From: Phoronis australis
Taxonomy: Eukaryota > Animalia > Phoronida
Direction: 5' to 3'
NCBI GenBank assembly: GCA_002633005.1
Contig: NMRA01000661.1
Span: 1-64,000, forward strand
DNA: 64,000 nt
Shown here: one piece after another, positions 39,360-50,929 of the stretch
How the letters are laid out: every line of letters starts with the position of its first letter
Position numbering within the stretch: position 1 is the first letter of the stretch
Program-made: the position numbers and the translations under genes
The notes under the pieces: model-generated
Seen by the model: the letters and a program-made list of their open reading frames with translations, nothing else
What the model was told of the DNA's origin: nothing
The model's database searches: none

Positions 39360-42300
39360 CTGAAATCAGCAAGGGGTTCACGTGAATATATAGGAGAGGC
39401 TTAACACTGCATTGAATTTCTGTATCAGTTCAAGCTCAACCAAACGTAATAAAAATATTTACGGTAGCAAGAATTTGCAAAAATTAACAATACGAACACT
39501 TAAATAGACACTTTCGTTTCGAAGGATGAGCAATGATCACGGTCAAGATTGTAAAATCCCTAAAAGTGCACGTATTCGCTGTGATTCGAATTTCAACGGT
39601 ACTGGTAGACTAATCTCTACATCTATGTTCGACAAAACTGTCAAAAAAACAACAGCAGGTGCAGAAATCTACAGTAAGTAGGCCCCATATCCATGCACCG
39701 CGGACCACTTACGGCGGAGAGTTCACCCTGCCACCCATTGTGAAGCACTTAACACGCACCGTAAAGCCTTGCCTCGAACAAACCGAGCACACTGGTGGAT
39801 TGGCTGAGACCCGCCCGGATGCCAACGTAGGGGATGGGCACCCGATTTTCGAAAGCAAATAGCTGTGTAAAGCCTAAAAATGACACGCCTACGCGTTTTG
39901 GCCGTCGACAGGGGACCTTTAAGTCTAAGCCAGAGATAAGCCGCGGCATTACGGTCAGTTTCATTAGTAGTATTAGATACTTGTAGTTTTAGTTGTTCTT
40001 GTTTTAATGACCACAGAGAATGGGCGCGCCCCTCCACGGTATATTAACATGTTATGAGTCCCACAGGCATTAAAAGTTACCCACTCTAATACTGACTGAG
40101 TGTTGTTAAAGTTCAGGCTCCGTGATGAAGGTATTGCTCGCAGTAAGAATTTGTTTATCATGCATGAACTTCTTAAAACAAGGTGTTGTACATTTGGAAT
40201 CGAGGTGCACTTACTCTTATTAATCCAGGGAGTGATGTCCAGAATGGTTCATTTGGAATCATTTCTCTTCCCTGAGCATTCCTCACGAATTTCATAAATA
40301 TGACGCCAGCGATCAGGTAAACAAAAAGCAAGGAGAGAAATCTGTAAATACAGGAGCCATGTGACCAAACAGACGTAAGCAGGTATCCAGGCGAATTCGG
40401 GTGGGCCATGCACCCAACTCAGTTACTTTTGCATTACTGATGTAGATGAATATCATATTGGCAGATCTACGTTTTCAGTAAGAGGGTGGTTAGGATTCGG
40501 GCGAATCCGAGGAGCGTGGCCCCTTCCCGTGTAATGTTTTTTGGTTTTTAGTATCTGATTTCGTTTTCTTGGCAACATTTTTTTAATTTGTATTTTTGAT
40601 TCTGTTCTGAGGGGATGTTTGAACCCCCCTGAAACCCCCGTAGATCCGCCTCTGATATGGCCGAGGTATCGACTACGTCTCTCCATTGTTAGACTACCAT
40701 CAGACCACGATCTTGAGTACTCATACGCAATCGTACAAGAACTAAAATGACGTAACGAAGGCCGCGTTGTCCTACTGTACCTGCTTGAAAGAGATTTACG
40801 TCATCATCGGACTTAATTGCATTGAACTAATTACGTAAACAGACCTCTTGAGCTCACGAGTAAAGTGTTGAAAATCGACAGCTGTTTACGTTGGCGTGAA
40901 TTGGTCCAGACCACGCATTGGTGATGCAATAGAAAACTCATACTGTGGATGAGAAGGAAGGGCCCTGAATTAAAACGGATGAGTCCAAAAAGGGGGAAAG
41001 GGGGAAGGTCCATCCTTCCCGTTCTCCATCCTTCTTCTGGGTCTTTTTTCTCATTGTGAGCCAATCTCCGGATCTAAGTGGACGTGTTTTCCCGTCTACG
41101 CTAGTGCAGTCGGCACTCATCATTGGACAGCAAGGCACGGAATTTGTAGAACAGGCATGACAAAACATATGCCAGTACTGAGCCTCGCATTGTGACCATT
41201 TTGGGTCACTTGAAATTCGAGATCCCGGTAATGATCAGTATATTCTATTCTATAGAAGTAATGCCGCCATAAGTTGAAAACGAGAGAATTTCTGGAAAAG
41301 TGACACCCGATTTGTTTTTCTAAGTAGCACTTTCATACTGTTATACTTACATTATTATAAGAGCAGTGCCTACGCTCAAACCGCCACCTGACGGAGTTCC
41401 AGTGGGACTAACACCACCACTGGGGCAGCAGTACTTGCTCTTGAGGGTCATGTACTGCAACAAAAAATCACATGTACTCGGCACACTGCGGGAGGTTGCT
41501 CAATCTCTGTATTTCAGTAATACAAACCCAAGGTCAAAGTTAAAATTAATTAATTTCGAGTTGTAGTTAAATGGTTTCAGAGGACTTCATTTAAAGAGTT
41601 CCCACCAAGACTCTGTGTGTCAAAAAGAGTTTATTAATCCATCATAAGAGGTTTAATAGCTTTTAGTATACCTGTTGCTAAGAAAGAAGCCAACAAATTT
41701 AAAAAATAATATTCTGTTATCGGGGTGGTATGTAATGGGTGAAAGACTGTCTCTGTCGTTGTTTTTTTTACCAGTGCATTACTTAGGAGGGTGAGGAAAG
41801 TCCGCGGAGAGCCGCATTTTTCAAACATAGAAAATAAAGGTGCGTTTGTAGAGACTGTAATCACAGCAACTTGAATGCGAATGTCCGTGATCAAAGTTAC
41901 TAAATAGGTTGTGGCAACTGTTTGGGCGCCGCACGAGAGTGTAGAACGATGTGAACACGCGATTCGGTCGGAAGCCACAATTAGTTCGGCACATTTCAAA
42001 AATCATGATTCCAGCAAACACTAAGACAGCGTTAGTTTGAAGGACTCGCCAGATTGTACACGTGTATAATTTTATAAACAATGAACAAATTGCATCTATT
42101 GTAGGGCGAGTGATGCCAGGCCCTCGATCCCCGTCCAGATCGAGTGCCACGACACGTAGGCTTATTCCTTGTGTTTAGACTGTGCTACATGTAATTCCAT
42201 CATGGCAATAGTGAATACGAGTGACCCAGGTTTACTGTAGCCTTTGCCAGTGATTATTAAGTGTCTATTTTATGAACACTGACTACCCCTTGGTTCAGTT

Positions 42301-45300
42301 TGTTGTCGCACACATATGTCTGCAGCATTTCTCGTGCAGGAAGGTCGAGTTCATTACGGCCTCAAAGCCGAAACTTCGCTAAGTGGGAAATCGAATTTAT
42401 TGTCTGATTCTTCAAGTGCTTGAGTGCGATGCCCATATCCTCTCTCCTCTTTGTCTGCATGATAATCGTCTAGTTCTTGCTCAAAATCGTCGTCGTATTC
42501 TGATCTGCTGTGTCATGCCATTGCAATTGATGGTCAAGTGACCGAACGTCTTCCACCCATTACATCATTTGGCGGGAGACTTAGAAATAACTATATTTTC
42601 TTCAACATTCGCGACTATTTGGTATAAAAAGTGTTTATTTAGTAAGGTTTTAATGGTATTCATTTCATATTAGCTAACTGAAACTTCAAAAACTAAGAAA
42701 ATTCATGGTTTGAGCTCTTTAAAGACGTAAGATTCTCGTTTACTACTCAGCAATGGTTTCTTAAGACATCCCACACATAAGCAGAAAGTCTGACAAAATC
42801 ACAGGTGTGAAAGTAAATTATTCGAGATGGCCAGCAAGTGTCCACCAGTTTTGAGCTTTATTGATATGTTATACTTATGACGGCTGAAATTGTAGTGTTG
42901 CAACACGTCACCATAAGACACTCTCAAAATAGTCAAACTAAGGAAAACCAACCAATTTTCCCGCCATCTGTAACAAGTTTTGCCAACAAAATGGCGGTGC
43001 AAACGTCTGTCAAATAGCTCATAACTAAAAATATTCGGAGCTACGCGCGCCGTTTTGTTTTTGATTGGTTGATCGATGATCTACCCTGTACCAGTAGCGT
43101 TCGCCTGTGTTGCGTTGCTCAAGTGAAATTACGCTCGTAGCTACCCGCGTATTCTTGCATCTGATAATTAGTTTGACAAAAATTACGCAAATACCTGGGT
43201 GCGTACTGACGCCCATTTCAAGTCCAAACCTGATTTCAAAACAATAAGGAGTAAAATGGCTTCGTTCTCAAATTTACACTGCCTTGGACGTCCATGCCCA
43301 CTGGTTTGCTCTAGTTGGCAAATATTAGGTGGCTCTGAACACTTACAATAGCCAGCAGCCGAGGTCAATTTGCAATGCCAGAAATCAAGTTCCAGGTGTA
43401 GGCTAGGTTCGGGTGCAGTTTTGAGGTTAGTGTTGGAAATGAAAAATACCACTTGCTCGGCTGTAGCTGCACTCTTCAAGATGGCGGCCCCCTTTGTATT
43501 TCTGCGTTGCAAGGTAGAGACTGAGAAACCGGCTGCGACTTCAGGTAGTCCTTAAACAAGCCAGCATTTCAAAAAAACTACATGTATATGGTTGACAATA
43601 CTTTTCGACCACATTCTTGGAGTATGTAGGAAATTTGTTTTTAGAATCTTATGTTGGCTATGTCGTGCTTCGGCAAGGTAGTGGTGGTTTTGGGTTGAAA
43701 AGTGCCAGTTTTGTGTTTTTACCCCCTTTATCTCAGCTTATCTTGTTATTTAAATGCAGTGAAAGTGCCAAAAACACAGGACACAATAAACTGTCTGTGC
43801 TCATCTGTAGGGCTTTTGATGCGAAGCATGACATTCTTTGTGGGCTAAACCCAGTGAGAGCTGTTCTGTGTCCACTGAGTACTATTTGTCGTAAATGTCT
43901 TATTGGGCACTGAATAGGAAAAGCTCTAATGACAAGTCATCTAGTCTTGGTCCTTGCTTCTGACTGGTAACATACAATGTATGAGAAACAAATATTCGCG
44001 TGTACCTATGGCCAGGGCAGCGGCGTAAATGCCCTCGAATATTAAGCAGCATAACGTGCTCGGCTGCAGGTGTTTGTTTAACAACTAACCAGAAACAAGG
44101 TTACGCATGAAGTTACAAAAGACATTTCGATAAAGCAACCTATCAGATGCAGATCTAAGCGCATAACTACATGTACACGCTTAGGTAAGAGCGGGTGTTC
44201 TTATTATGAACAGTTTATTGACCTGTAGGAACAGCAATTTAATTCATTGTACCTGTTACATATCCTATTTTATTTGCCCTGAAACGAAAAAAAAAAATCC
44301 GGCACAACTTTTGTAATTTAAACAAATTGGAAAGACCAGAAGCTTGTAATTAGTCTCTGGTTGGAGAGAAAACATCTAATCAAGATGGCCATTGAAATTG
44401 TCAGAAAGTAGCGAAACTCCAATTCATCATGTCCGATTTGCGTTCATCAAATATGTATATGTCTCTCGTAGAATATGCTGTGTTTATTGATGAAACTGGA
44501 GTCCGTTAGATATGTTGAACACATTTTCATGAGAAGTATTCTCCTTGACAATCAGAGTCTAAAAGACGCCTTTGAGTACAATTCGGTCCTGTGAACCACA
44601 AATAACCGTGTCTGGATGTTGCAGTGTCTTGGAAGATCAAACAGGTCTCATAAAAATGGCTGTTTAAATTCACTCGTTCATAAGCTCATTAAAGTTTTTC
44701 ATTAAAAGATACTAGACCCTGTTTTGATGATTTAGCTAATCCTCGTTTTGTCACTTGCTATAATGCATCAGTGGCGTCTTTCTGAACGATGAAAGCAGGA
44801 ACAATCTAAAAACTTATACAGTACATCCTGTCCCACAGATTGGAAATTATGGTTCTTCGTGTGTGGTCTTTCGCCACAGTTGCCGTGTAATTCGCTAAAA
44901 GCGTGGGTCACGCATACCCGTTTAGCAGACTTTGAAACGAGTTTTCAAATTTTAATCCAACTTTTTGAGGGTTGCCGGGGATTACAGAGCATTATTTTGT
45001 ACCAGAAAATTGGATGGAAAAGTCGTCTTTAACATAATTATGTTAATAAGCCAAAACCCGGTTTGGCATCCTTTTAACTAAGTTGAATTTAAAAAAAAAT
45101 CAGTACGGTGAATGATTATTCAATGTTAAAGAAATAAAAGTCTGCACTACCGTAATCAATACTTTAACAACTACAGTCGCAGCTAGGCTACCTTGCGTAA
45201 GATTGTCGACAATGTTAATTAAGTATGGTGTAATTATTGTAACCTATCGTTCCAAAATTGAAATTTTCACATTTGTTTTGATAGTGCTATGTAGAGCATT

Positions 45301-48300
45301 TGAAAATTTTAGAACTAGTCATAAAAAAGAAAGCCCAGCACTAAATATGCAAGAAACGTGTTACATTCTTGGATTGTATAAATAATGCAATTTCTTGCCG
45401 ATCATCCGCTCTATTTTTGCCTCTTAGTTTCTGTGATTTCCCTAGGACTTGTGCTATCGTGTATCTTAGTTTCGATGTTTAAGTTCTTACCACAAGGGGG
45501 CCTCTCGATCCTACTCATTAGAATTTGGCGTGCTTTTATCATTTTAGATTTGTCCTTCATTTGACAATGAACAAACGAAGGTTGTGCGTAATAGTGGGTG
45601 TTGACTACTATATGTCTACGGTCTGAAGCTTGCTTATACTGGATTCAACTAAGAAACAATTTGTTTTATTTCTCCTACCCAACGAACTCAAAATTGTATC
45701 AAATGCATCTTGTCAGATTTTGAACACTTCCAGTAATCGAGCAGAGATTAAGTAAGTTGACTATGAACTAAAAGACCCACTCACAAAAAAGATTTTTACC
45801 TCTGACTTCATGAATGATTAAAGAGTGAAATTGTTCGTGAACGCAGTATTTGTATTTTTAATTTCGAATCAATTGTATAATGTGTTCGCCTACTTAAGCG
45901 ATCCTCCCGATTTCTATTTTTGAACAAAAGTAGGAAGAAGCCCACCAGAGAATTTGCCCCAATTCTCCAAAATCCAATGTGTTCGCTAAATACGAACGAA
46001 ACCGACCTTTTTAAAACTTAACAGCAGTCACAATGTGGTAACTATCGACTTACCGACGTTCACATCCCAGAAATATAGAACACGTGTTTTTGCCTCCAAA
46101 ACCGACATGGATGCTGAGGGCAAAAATTCAACACGTTACTGGGATTTTAACCAATTTAAGAAAAACAAGACAAATTTTGTATGATAATTGGTAGTATCAA
46201 TATAAACTAATATTTACGTAGTTAGCTGACTTTGTAGGATCTTCGCCTGTTGCCGTCAATTTTCCTTCTTCGTTTTCGTCACATTCCAGTCCAACGTAGC
46301 TTGTCCTATTTTAACCAACAGTGGTAATACAGCCAAGCGATCTTTGTTCAGCTTTAAACTAAAGGTCCTTTCAAGCGATTTTTTTGCGTACTTTTTGGTA
46401 GAATTCCGGAATTTTTTGTCAAAATTTTTATTAGAGTGACGAAGCTAACTTACAGTGCAGCCACTGAATTATTAGACTTCCCTTCGGTCTACCTCCGGTC
46501 TGGCTAGACGTGACCGTAACCGGAGACAGACCGGAGAGTGAGGCGTGAGTCGACCGTGACAACTAGCGTGAGCGCAAGCGCGACTGTACCCGGAGCTCAC
46601 CGTAAGTTAGACGTGAACGAAGCGCAAGGGGACCGTGAGACAGGCGTGAGTGAGCGTGACCCATGCCTGAGTTTCCTTGTCTTCTTTACAGTCAGGACAA
46701 TTGTAATTGATTTCTCTCACGCCTGCGTTCCGGTTACGCTCCGGTCTGGCCAGGCGTGAGGGAGACCGGACGAAGTCTAAGAAGTCAGTGGCTGTACTGT
46801 ATGAACATTGTTGTGCTCAAACGATAAAACGTACAAAATTTTCAAAAAAAATCGCACAGGATAGTCACATGAACATGCTCATTGCTAAAACTTGAATCAT
46901 GCGAGTTCTTTCCGACATTTTTCAGGAATCTTGAAAGTTTATTAATTCAAGGTTGAAAAAACGTAGCAAATAACTTTTAATTGTTCACGCGAGTAAACAT
47001 TTTGAGGAAAACTTTCTTAAAAATTTTGGAACAAATTTTAGCAAAAAACTGCTCGAACGAGCCGGCATTAAATTAAAATCAAATTTGTTTCCCCATGAGC
47101 CACCGCCCGTAAAATGTGTTTGCACTTCAATACTTTTTAATGCACGCTGCATGAAGAGACTTTTTCAATTATAAAAGTGAATTATTTTTGAAAAAACATG
47201 AAAAGTGGGAAAAACAGCGTGTTACCGACTTGCATGTGCATGTATCTCCCATCTCAGAGGAGTGAGCGAGCGTAGGGCGAGCGGGAAAAATAAGCACCCT
47301 ATCGAGTAGTGCTGTGGTATTTTACAGTAAATTGTATTTCATTGAGACTTCTCAAGGTGTTACACGTATGTCGTATTTGAATGAAATGAACAAAACTGTA
47401 GCGCTCATCTTCGGTAAAGGCTGTCAACTAACTCTATTGCAGTATTCTCACAGTGACATTTCGAAAACAGGAATGTTTCATTTTCTTTTGCAAGCTCAGC
47501 GACAGATTTTGATTTATTCTTTGGCAATATCAGATATCAAATTTTTTATGAAAAAAACAAGTACAATATATACAAAAATACGATAAGCGTGTAATTGAAA
47601 TATTACCATAAATCTACTCGTAGAAACACGGGAATTTCATTTTTGTGTCACAATGTCTTTGTAGCTTTTACAATGTACACACTCAACATAGCTATAATTG
47701 CAATGCAATATTTTATTGTTTGAAGAGCTACAACGTATACTGTATTTCCATGGAGTGGAAATGTATTCTTGATATGAAACTTCAATATCCGTTTAGAAAA
47801 TGTTTAAACAATACCTCGGTGTAAATGGGTCACTCGCAGTATATTGCAGCTCTAATCCTCTACTCGGATCATTCACAAATGCTGCAGTATTCTGAGTTCC
47901 TATACTGTAGTACATGGGCAAGCCACCGTCAAAATGTGTTTGACAAGCCTGTTGAAAAAAAAACATCCATTCAGATTAATATATTATACAAAATTGTCGA
48001 AAGGTTCACATCCTAATACTTGAATGGAGTTGAGATAACAACGCGATTGGACTGGCCATATTCTGTAAAAACGATCTGTTATGCTGTGATGTAAAATGAC
48101 GATAATTTCACCACAAAAAATGGATGGTTCTAGACACTGAAATACTCCGAATTGCCACGAGGCTAAATAGAGCACGCGCAAACTAGCCTCGGTATGAAGC
48201 ACTAAAGAGGAGAGAGCTCAAAAACTAAACTGGCCTTATCGGTCTATCAAATACTCGAAACATCTTACAAGCATTTGATGGACGCATAAACTGCCTGAAT

Positions 48301-50929
48301 AAAAATGGCTAGATCTTTCAGCTTTTAAAAAACGCCTTTCATACTTCAAGAGAGAAAAGCAGTGACAGAATTAGAAAACCTTTCCGTTGAGGAACCCTAC
48401 AGTGAAAGGTCCCGATGAGTCGTAATCACATGATCAGTGCTATGGGCCTTGCGGTGTGGTCTAAATACAATCAGGAAGAGATTTCTTCCTGGTACAATGT
48501 ATGCCTGGTGCATTTCAACTGCCTCCTATTGAGCAGCTGCGCAAGCGTCTACAGTCTGTTTTAGGGGAACGTAAAGAACGAAATCATGCCGCACTCCTTT
48601 GTGTAGGCTCTTTTTCTAAATTTGTCTAGTTCGAAATAGAGCAACTCGGTGAGCTTCACATGCTCCTTAAAAGCATATAGCTTGTTGGTGGAGTCTGCAG
48701 GTGTATATTTAAACACTAACGGGCTAAACTAGCAAAACTGAAACCATGTCCAGTTGTCGATACAACCAAAAACGGAGTCTACAAGTACGACATCGACTTT
48801 TATTTTAAATCCTCGAGTAAAATCATGATAACTTGAAATAATCGCTATGATGATACACACACAACATAGAAAACCTTAACCTGTGTAATTCAATTTTTGA
48901 CTTTCTGCCAATCTCATTAATTGACCACGTTCTTTAGTAAAGCTTCAAAGAGGAAACGTACAGTGATAACAAAGGAGCATCTATAACATGATCAAATTTT
49001 CTTGATATAAACGTTTTGGACGAGATCAAAAAAACTATGCTGCATTTTTTAAAAATGTTACGTTCGTTTTTAATACGCAACCGTTAATTCGTAAAAGTCC
49101 TATTTTTCATAAGCCCATGAAAGTGGAAATTTTTAGAAAAAAAAGACTTTGGAGAACAGAGCATTAATTAATAGTATCTGGAAGTTTCATGTCAATGCGA
49201 TCAGCCATGTTTTGAGATATTATGTTCTGAAGTTAGTCAAATTTGGTCATTTTCCAAGGCTCATTAAACCTAGTTTCTTGCGACTTCCAGGTACAGCAAT
49301 AAATAAGCATTGGTCGCAAACTTCATCCTCAAACTACCTGTCTCGTGAACGGTAAATGTGCGCATTATGAAGCATGATTAAGGCCCACACAATTTCTTTA
49401 AGCCAATTTCAGATCAGAATTCAAAATAAAATCCACTTACAGCAACTCCTACACACGTTCCTGAGGTATCTTCTGATAAAGTGAAGTCATTGCAGGGATT
49501 CCATGCAAATTGGTCCGAACCTCCGTTGATATTTTTGAACCTTGAGAAAAGACATCAAAATGCTAGATTGGAAACTTGTATAATCTTGCAAACAAAGATA
49601 CAGAAGGTAATCTCAACGTTAAACCGTCTCGGATTCCGCAAACTTTGTCAAAAACACAAGCTACTACGAATCATATTGAACTGCTAATACAGATATTAAG
49701 TGAACTGTCGAATTTCCTTCAACACGACATATTTACTTGACCGTTGAATGGTACTTTGGTAGTACATAAATGGTGGATCCGTGTTTAAAGAAACTAATTT
49801 TTGATTGCTGCACTGATCTTTGCTTGGATGAGAAGTGGGTTCTAGGCTTGGAAAAAATGCGCGGAACAAAAACTGATCCGACGTGACAGACCAATTTGTA
49901 TAGATTGATCTCAAGCGGTCTGTTCTTTCCAATGCAGGATGTCACTTTTAATTTGGCTACTGAACAATCGTTGACCTAATTCAAAATGGCAAAACAAAAG
50001 TTCCGTTTTGAGAAGGGAAGCTAGCTTGTAGGCTCTTTAAGACACTCCCAAGCAATATTACATGTACATCTCTGGTGTGTAAAAACCTAACGCTCTGCAG
50101 TGACCTGCGCAACAAAACAGCCCCTGGACAAAATGTGAATGCAAGGAAATAGCTGAGGTGGTGGAATAATCTCGCAGTGTTGAAAAACTGTTCAAGCTTT
50201 TTACTACTTTGTATCCGTATGTGGAAAGTTTTCACCCTGCATGTTCAACTTTGCTCTGTGTGACTCTAAAACCATTACAGGTTCCTTCCACGATATGTTT
50301 CATAGCAAAAGCAATACCCACATATTATCCCTGCCGCATGTTCTGAATTAGCGTTGTAATGTTTACAAGCCATTTTACATAGAGGCATCATGCCAAAATC
50401 AGCTCTCATAAATTGGGAGCAATAGACATTTGTTTTTGCCCTCTCGCTCAATGCTTCATTTTTCAACCCGCCTCCTGTATATCGCCAATTCTGTTCCATA
50501 CGAAAACTTTTTTTTCTCTTTCGTCCGTTTTCACAGTAGTTATACCACCTCCGCCCCCTTTGTGATCAGCAGTTTAACTCACGTCCGGCTGCAGCCCTGC
50601 GTTTATTTCGTTGACATTTGCTACATAATGAGAGTTGTGTGCATTTTAAAACAAAACAAAGTGAAGACAAAGAAGAAATTAGGAAACATTGCAATGAATG
50701 TGGTGGACCTCCATTGAGGGGCTGCTCACACTGCGGTCTACAGGCTGTATACTCACCTGGGTGTATTGTCCGTATTGGCCAAAGGACTCAGATCTATAAC
50801 TTTTCCATCCTTGGTGCGGCACTTGCAACTTGACTCTTTCGTACAATCAATCGATTGTTTACTACTGCTCAACTTCAGTACGGTAAGCAGCCCAAGTAAC
50901 GAGAGCATATGACCAAGTGTTGGCCACAT
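39300..50929 (-). CDS. Cation-dependent mannose-6-phosphate receptor / ATG27-like type-I membrane protein, complete, 7 exons, 261 aa
   Basis: Exons 50929-50757, 49540-49441, 47948-47815, 46305-46218, 41454-41351, 40341-40215, 39359-39300 total 786 nt, all GT-AG and in phase. Signal peptide, MRH domain (IDLSPL, WNPC, ACQ, LEC, LKSKYCC), TM, tail GREMIPNEPFWTSLPGLIRDG..YAKV*. Confidence 0.92.
40215..40341 (-). CDS. M6PR-like gene exon 6 (TM and juxtamembrane tail)
   Basis: ttacag|..|gtaagt; FLSLLFVYLIAGVIFMKFVRNAQGREMIPNEPFWTSLPGLIR. Confidence 0.92.
40456..40654. mobile_element. hAT-like MITE; second copy at 56319-56544
   Basis: TIR-like ends (c/t)a.tggcagatctacg / cgtagatccgcctctg; interior shared with 56319-56544; no clear TSD. 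Confidence 0.6.
41351..41454 (-). CDS. M6PR-like gene exon 5
   Basis: ttgcag|..|gtaagt; YMTLKSKYCCPSGGVSPTGTPSGGGLSVGTALII. Confidence 0.9.
46218..46305 (-). CDS. M6PR-like gene exon 4
   Basis: aaatag|..|gtaaat; TSYVGLECDENEEGKLTATGEDPTKSANY. Confidence 0.88.
46453..46799. mobile_element. Tc1/mariner-type MITE with long imperfect TIRs
   Basis: TA|cagtgcagccactgaattattagacttc ... gaagtctaagaagtcagtggctgtactg|TA; inverted similarity extends ~80 bp. Confidence 0.8.
47815..47948 (-). CDS. M6PR-like gene exon 3
   Basis: caacag|..|gtattg; ACQTHFDGGLPMYYSIGTQNTAAFVNDPSRGLELQYTASDPFTP. Confidence 0.9.
49441..49540 (-). CDS. M6PR-like gene exon 2
   Basis: ctcaag|..|gtaagt; FKNINGGSDQFAWNPCNDFTLSEDTSGTCVGVA. 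Confidence 0.9.
50757..50929 (-). CDS. M6PR-like gene exon 1 (signal peptide, MRH start)
   Basis: MWPTLGHMLSLLGLLTVLKLSSSKQSIDCTKESSCKCRTKDGKVIDLSPLANTDNTP|gtgagt. Confidence 0.88.

Noticed and set aside
41634-42560. Cys-containing minus-strand ORF fragments, possibly a KDZ/CxC-type transposase relic
   Set aside because: Looks like decayed coding sequence but I could not confirm any diagnostic motif.
43183-43555. Cys-rich ORF as a second MRH domain or alternative exon
   Set aside because: No MRH motifs, and exons 4 and 5 already join in phase.
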